A stretch of DNA of 64,000 bases from Macrostomum lignano. Its lineage: Eukaryota. Below the pieces are notes generated by a model, which saw nothing but the letters and a program-made list of their open reading frames with translations, made no database searches and was not told the origin of the DNA. The translations under genes and the position numbers were made by a program. Every line of letters starts with the position of its first letter. The first letter of the stretch is position 1. Location of the stretch: positions 277,516 to 341,515 of the forward strand of contig NIVC01000462.1 of the NCBI GenBank assembly GCA_002269645.1. The letters are read 5' to 3'. Shown here piece after piece: positions 58,842-64,000 of the stretch.

Positions 58842-59738
58842 ATGTCAGCCGATCAGCCGCAAGACTCCAGCCAGATCACTACGGTGGTGCTGATGAGCAA
58901 GACAGGCAGCGGAAAGAGCTCTCTGGCCAACACCCTATTGAACGAGAAAAGCTTCGAAGTCGGAAACGGCATGAGGTCGCAGACCAAACAGTGCGAGGCA
59001 CAGATGCGAACGGTCCGCGGTCGCAGCCTGCTGGTGGTGGACACTCCCGGAACCATGGACTCCAAGGACGTTAACATGCCGCAGGGTGAGCTGCTGCGCA
59101 CGCTGAACAAGTGTCCGTGCGGCGTTGACGCCTTTCTCGTGGTCGCCAGAGCGGACGTCCGCTTCACCAACGAAGAGTGCCAGGCCATCCGTCAGACTGT
59201 GGAAGTGTTCGGCCCGGAGTCGTGCAAGCGCGCCATCGTGGTGTTCAGCAGAGGCGACCATTTTGACAACGACATCAACGAGTTCAAAGAAGAGTTGAAG
59301 GCCGCCCGAGGAGAAATTCCTGAGCTCGACAAGATGATGAAGGACTTCGGAGACCGCTACGTGCTGATGGACAACGGCAAGAGGTGCGACCCGGGTATGC
59401 AGGAACGGCAGGTGGCATCGCTGATGGGCCTTATCGATGAGGTATCGAAGCTGAACCCGAGCAAGTACTTGAAGAAGGACCTGGAAAAACAGACTGAGGA
59501 GCGGAAACGCCGAGAGGAGGCGGAGGCCCAGAAACAGCGGGATGAAGCAAAGAAGATGGATAAGATGAAAGCCAAGGTCAAGCTTCTAGAACAGCAGCAG
59601 CAACTACTAAGTGCGCAGCGCCAACAGCCCCAGCCAGGTTTTGTGGACATTATGAGCAGCATCGGACAGGGGGCTGGAGCAATCCTTGCGAGTCCTGTGG
59701 TCGGCGTCGCTAAGCTTGTTGATTCTGCTTTTGGTTGA
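58842..59738 (+). CDS. GIMAP/AIG1-family GTPase, copy 2 (298 aa, intact; coiled coil plus hydrophobic C-terminal helix)
   Basis: Same AIG1 motifs as copy 1, then a charged coiled coil (EKQTEERKRREEAEAQKQRDEAKKMDKMKAKVKLLEQQ) and GFVDIMSSIGQGAGAILASPVVGVAKLVDSAFG*. Confidence 0.9.
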   Translation: MSADQPQDSSQITTVVLMSKTGSGKSSLANTLLNEKSFEVGNGMRSQTKQCEAQMRTVRGRSLLVVDTPGTMDSKDVNMPQGELLRTLNKCPCGVDAFLVVARADVRFTNEECQAIRQTVEVFGPESCKRAIVVFSRGDHFDNDINEFKEELKAARGEIPELDKMMKDFGDRYVLMDNGKRCDPGMQERQVASLMGLIDEVSKLNPSKYLKKDLEKQTEERKRREEAEAQKQRDEAKKMDKMKAKVKLLEQQQQLLSAQRQQPQPGFVDIMSSIGQGAGAILASPVVGVAKLVDSAFG

Positions 59739-60899
59739 CAATTTTCTGGAGAATTCCTAACTCTTGAATCAATGAGATTGATTGACTCAAGTAGAGATTT
59801 CTTTGCTTCAGTAGCTTTTTTAGATATGAGATGCTTATTCAGACTATGAAACCTTGTAACTTAGTGTCACTTCACGCAGATCGCGCAGTAATATCTTGTA
59901 CCACACTGCATGACTATCCAGAAGCTTATCAATAGCGATAATGCACTCTGCGTATTCTTTCCTTGATCAGCTCGCTATTCATTACATTACAGCAGGCTGA
60001 TATATTTATGCTTTATTCTGCTATGCAAACCTATTAATAACAAAACAAACAACAAGCAAAATTACATAGTATTTACTCGAAATTGATTTTTCAAGTTTTA
60101 GTTTTTATTTACCATTTCAACTTTGATTTTTGTCAAAAACTAGTTCCGAGAGTTGGTCTTCTTTTAGAGGAAGTTTTACAACCAAGTGAATAAACTGACT
60201 TTTCATGTTAATTTTTGTTAGTTTGTACTGATAGAGCTCACTGGTAGCACTATTTAACGTGAAGCAAATCGCTTTAATGACTTGCGATCTGTTAATTGAC
60301 TTGAATTAGTCGTTTAATTCTACATGGATTTTGCTGCTTATTGTCCATGGTATACTGTACTCATGAACAAGGTCGTTTAAGCACTCAAAATCGACTACTT
60401 AATCCGTCTTTATTCAAACACGGATCGCTGCCTATTTTATATTCAAGCGCAAAGGCATTTATTAGAGCTACACAAGTTTCCACTCCGAAACCAGTGGTCA
60501 AACTTCCTCAGATCTCAGCATTAAGTGACGCAATTAATTCATATGACGCCTGCATTTCTTATCCTCAACTGTGGGCGATGCAAGATGCGTCACAAGGTTT
60601 GGTGAGGACAGAGTAGAGAGGTGTGGGCAATTTCGCATTAAAGCTGCCACTTGTTGACCACAGGTTTCGGGGTGGAACTTTAACATGTTGCTGAGTGTAT
60701 AGGCCTCCATAAACAAATGAAGCACTTGGCAATTATAAATAAATGCCTTACACAATTTATGCTTGTCATCTGTCAGAAGTGGACTCTGCTGTCAAAAGTT
60801 CTGGTTCGAAAATTAAAGAATATGATATTAGGAATTGAATTAAATTAACTGATTACACTCGCCCTAATGGGCATATGTGCAACCGATAGCCCAGCTATA

Positions 60900-61062
60900 G
60901 GACCCCAGCTAATGCTGGCACCCATTTTACAGCCGGGTGAACTGAAGCAATGCAGAGTTAAGCATCTTGCTCAAGGACACAAATTGTTCGGATTGGGTCG
61001 AGAATCGAACCCCCGACCTTTTTTAGTCGTGAGTCCGACACTCTAACCACTAGGCTACAGCC
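60900..61062 (-). mobile_element. tRNA-derived SINE, copy 4
   Basis: Reverse complement ggctgtagcctagtggttagagtgtcggactcacgac..ggggttcgattctcgaccc plus the shared core. Confidence 0.8.
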
Positions 61063-63078
61063 CGGCCTTCTTAAGTGAAGGTGTGCTCAATTATGCGCCA
61101 GAATCTCGAAATATTTTAGCTTCATATGTTCTTGGATAGTGCAAGTATGAAGTAGTAGTCAACTGATCTGAGCTAATATAATGCATTTTAAAGCCATATT
61201 GTGCAGAACTCATATAGCTCAAAGCCTACTGGTTGAGTGCAAAAGTTCGTTACCGCTGTTTCATAGATTTTTTGCTTGCTTGTATAAATAAATAGAATAC
61301 ACGAAAATAATGTAAAATAATGGCATGTGCATCAGTCAATTTTCGGTGCACCAGCCCCAAATGAATGTGGCCTCTGCATTTTTCTGCGTTAACCTATTCA
61401 TAAATAATTTAAGCAGCAACAAAAAGCAATTTATGTAGTGTATATCTAAAATTAAACCAATAAGTTTTTTATACGAACAAAATAATGAGAATACAAGCTA
61501 TAGCATAGTGTATATGCTGTGTATAAATATAAATATTATATATTTGATTTCATATTCATCGAAGTACTGACAAAAAGTCCTTCCAGTGTCACAGCTCCGC
61601 AATAGGCACGCAGGAATACGCGTAGGATTTGGAAAAATTCCTAAGCTTTTCTGAGCATCAAAAGGTTATAAAAATGGATTTTTTAAAGCTTTCTCTTAGC
61701 ATTACTCGTACAGTAAAGCAGACGGTGCTTGGTATTAAAACTAGTGCAGTACAAGCATATTGTCTTTAATGTATGAAGACTTATAACATACCAAGAATAT
61801 TTTCGACCTGCGGCCGATTTCATAAAAAATCTAAAAGTGACAAGCGTCAACGATTTGGTTTCATAAACATAGGTTCTTAGTCTTGTTAAAAACAAACTTT
61901 ATGTCTATGGTCGAGACACCATTTGAAATCCATCCAGCCTTAAGACCACAGACCACAATTTTAGGATCTGTGTTTTAGACAGACTTGCTTTAAAGACGGC
62001 CTCTGCGTTCTTCTTGGACTTTAATACACAGCTTTAATAAAGCTACAAGTGTCATAGCGACTTGTTAAAAGCACAAGACAAGAGGAAGTACGAGCTATTT
62101 TCACACAGAAGCATCCAAGACATCACACAGATGTATGTCTATGGACGAAACCCCGAAGAAGCGCTTGTAATTTGTCAAATCTCGCTTGTCACTTGTCACT
62201 TGTCGATTTTACAAAAAAGAAGAGAAGCCGAGAAAAAAGCGGAAAGTAGAGAGAGATAGAGAATTCTGTTAAAGGTGATCGATCAATATTGAAAACGTAT
62301 TAAGCTAGGAACTCAACAAAATAGTGTTGGAATTCTTTGGAAATAGGAATCTTGGGTACATAAAAGACCTCACCTGGTAAACAACTGTAGGCGCACTCAG
62401 AGAAAAACAAATAATCAACTATTGCCCAAGAAGTAGTAAGTTAGTTACCTGTGCAGAAAATTAATTGAAAACACTTTAAAAAAGTCGCTCCACACTCGTG
62501 AGTATGAATACTATTTAAACACCATTTTCACTACTGTCGTTGAGGCCATCAATTCCCCAATCAGACAGTCTATTTCTCCGTCGGTCTGTTTAGCAGGGCC
62601 ATCTCGTTCATGTTATTTCTGGGTGAATCCGCTTCTGCAATAAATAATTTATGGAATTAATCAAATTTGGATCAGCATATTCAAAACACTCTACTTCTAT
62701 ATAGTAGAATGGTATGATTGCATGCATTAAATTGTAAAAGAATAAAGCTTTTCGTTTTTCGTGTTGAACAACACAAATAAGTTTAAAAAAATTTAAGACA
62801 AACTACTAGGCCATTGATTATAGTTACACAGAAGGCTGCTTAAAGCACAACATGCCAAGTGGTAAGGCTGCAGTTGTCTCGGAGTAAGTGCTAATCGTAC
62901 AGATTTAATATTTGTTATAACATCAGCCGTAAAAGTGCTCTTACGCCGTGACTCACGTTCATACGGGAGAGTGCCTCGACCTCGTATCTGTCTGGTACGA
63001 TGCGGCATTGGATTAGTGGGAGGCTGGCGTAGGTGGGAAAAACAATTGAAAAAAACAAATGCGCTAAATCTCAGTGAG

Positions 63079-63957
63079 GTTGAAGGGCGATTCTCAATGA
63101 TGTTGAAGGGCGATTCTCAATGATGTTGAAGGGCGATTCTCAAGGATGTTGGAGGGCGATTCTCAATGATGTTGAAGGGCGATTCTCAATGATGTTGAAG
63201 GGCGATTCTCAAGGATGTTGGAGGGCGATTCTCAATGATGTAAGGGCGATTCTCAATGATGTTGAAGGGCGATTCTCAATGTGGGTTGGGGAGGGCGACT
63301 CTCAATGTGGGTTGGGGAGGGCGATTCTCAATGTGGGTTGGGGAGGGCGATTCTCAATGTGGGTTGGGGAGGGCGATTCTCAATGTGGGTTGGGGAGGGC
63401 GATTCTCAATGTGGGTTGGGGAGGGCGATTCTCAATGTGGGTTGGGGAGGGCGATTCTCAATGTGGGTTGGGGAGGGCGATTCTCAATGTGGGTTGGGGA
63501 GGGCGATTCTCAATGTGGGTTGGGGAGGGCGATTCTCAATGTGGGTTGGGGAGGGCGATTCTCAATGTGGGTTGGGGAGGGCGATTCTCAATGTGGGTTG
63601 GGGAGGGCGATTCTCAATGTGGGTTGGGGAGGGCGATTCTCAATGTGGGTTGGGGAGGGCGATTATCAATGTGGGTTGGGGAGGGCGATTCTCAATGTGG
63701 GTTGGGGAGGGCGATTATCAATGTGGGTTGGGGAGGGCGATTCTCAATGTGGGTTGGGGAGGGCGATTCTCAATGTGGGTTGGGGAGGGCGATTCTCAAT
63801 GTGGGTTGGGGGAGGCGATTCTCAATGTGGGTTGGGGGGGGCGATTCTCAATGTGGGTTGGGGAGGGCGATTCTCAATGTGGGTTGGGGAGGGCGATTCT
63901 CAATGTGGGTTGGGAAGGGCGACTCTCAATGTGGGTTGGGGAGGGCGATTCTCAATG
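63079..63957. repeat. G-rich tandem array: 23-bp units (GTTGAAGGGCGATTCTCAATGAT) switching to 26-bp units (GAGGGCGATTCTCAATGTGGGTTGGG)
   Basis: Direct tandem repeats sharing the core gggcgattctcaatg; they explain ORF 63120-63989. Confidence 0.96.
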
Positions 63958-64000
63958 GGAATCGAAGCTTGCGAAAAAATTCAAGTTAGATTTAATGGTT

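Noticed and set aside
60341-60616. THAP-like C-terminal fragment (LFKHGSLP)
   Set aside because: No C2CH ligands or other THAP signature upstream.
63120-63989. 289-aa ORF
   Set aside because: Cyclic translation of the 23/26-bp repeat.

Overview
Eukaryotic (invertebrate animal-like) genomic DNA with short GT-AG introns and many repeats; no prokaryotic operons, rRNA genes or CRISPR arrays were found. The main host content is a tandem minus-strand family of small two-exon genes encoding signal peptide + WSC carbohydrate-binding domain + C-terminal PAN/apple-like module (about 210 aa). There are five intact-looking copies, one copy with a junction frameshift, three clear pseudogenes and four orphan fragments across 1-51.6 kb. 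Next to it lie two tandem plus-strand GIMAP/AIG1-family GTPase genes and a relic of a third. Both GTPases have Ser in place of the first P-loop Gly, and one is shifted from a polyQ/H frame into a polyA frame. Interspersed mobile DNA: a Maverick/Polinton fragment (pPolB C-terminus overlapping an adenain-type protease) that replaced the 5' end of one WSC gene; a THAP/P-superfamily transposon with TIRs and an 8-bp TSD, interrupted by a full-length LOA-like LINE with a 14-bp TSD; a Penelope-like fragment with a mutated hammerhead ribozyme; a probable solo LTR; a Tc1 derivative; tRNA-SINEs; MITEs; and seven minisatellite arrays. All assignments come from manual motif recognition without database searches. 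Single-base frameshifts could be assembly errors.
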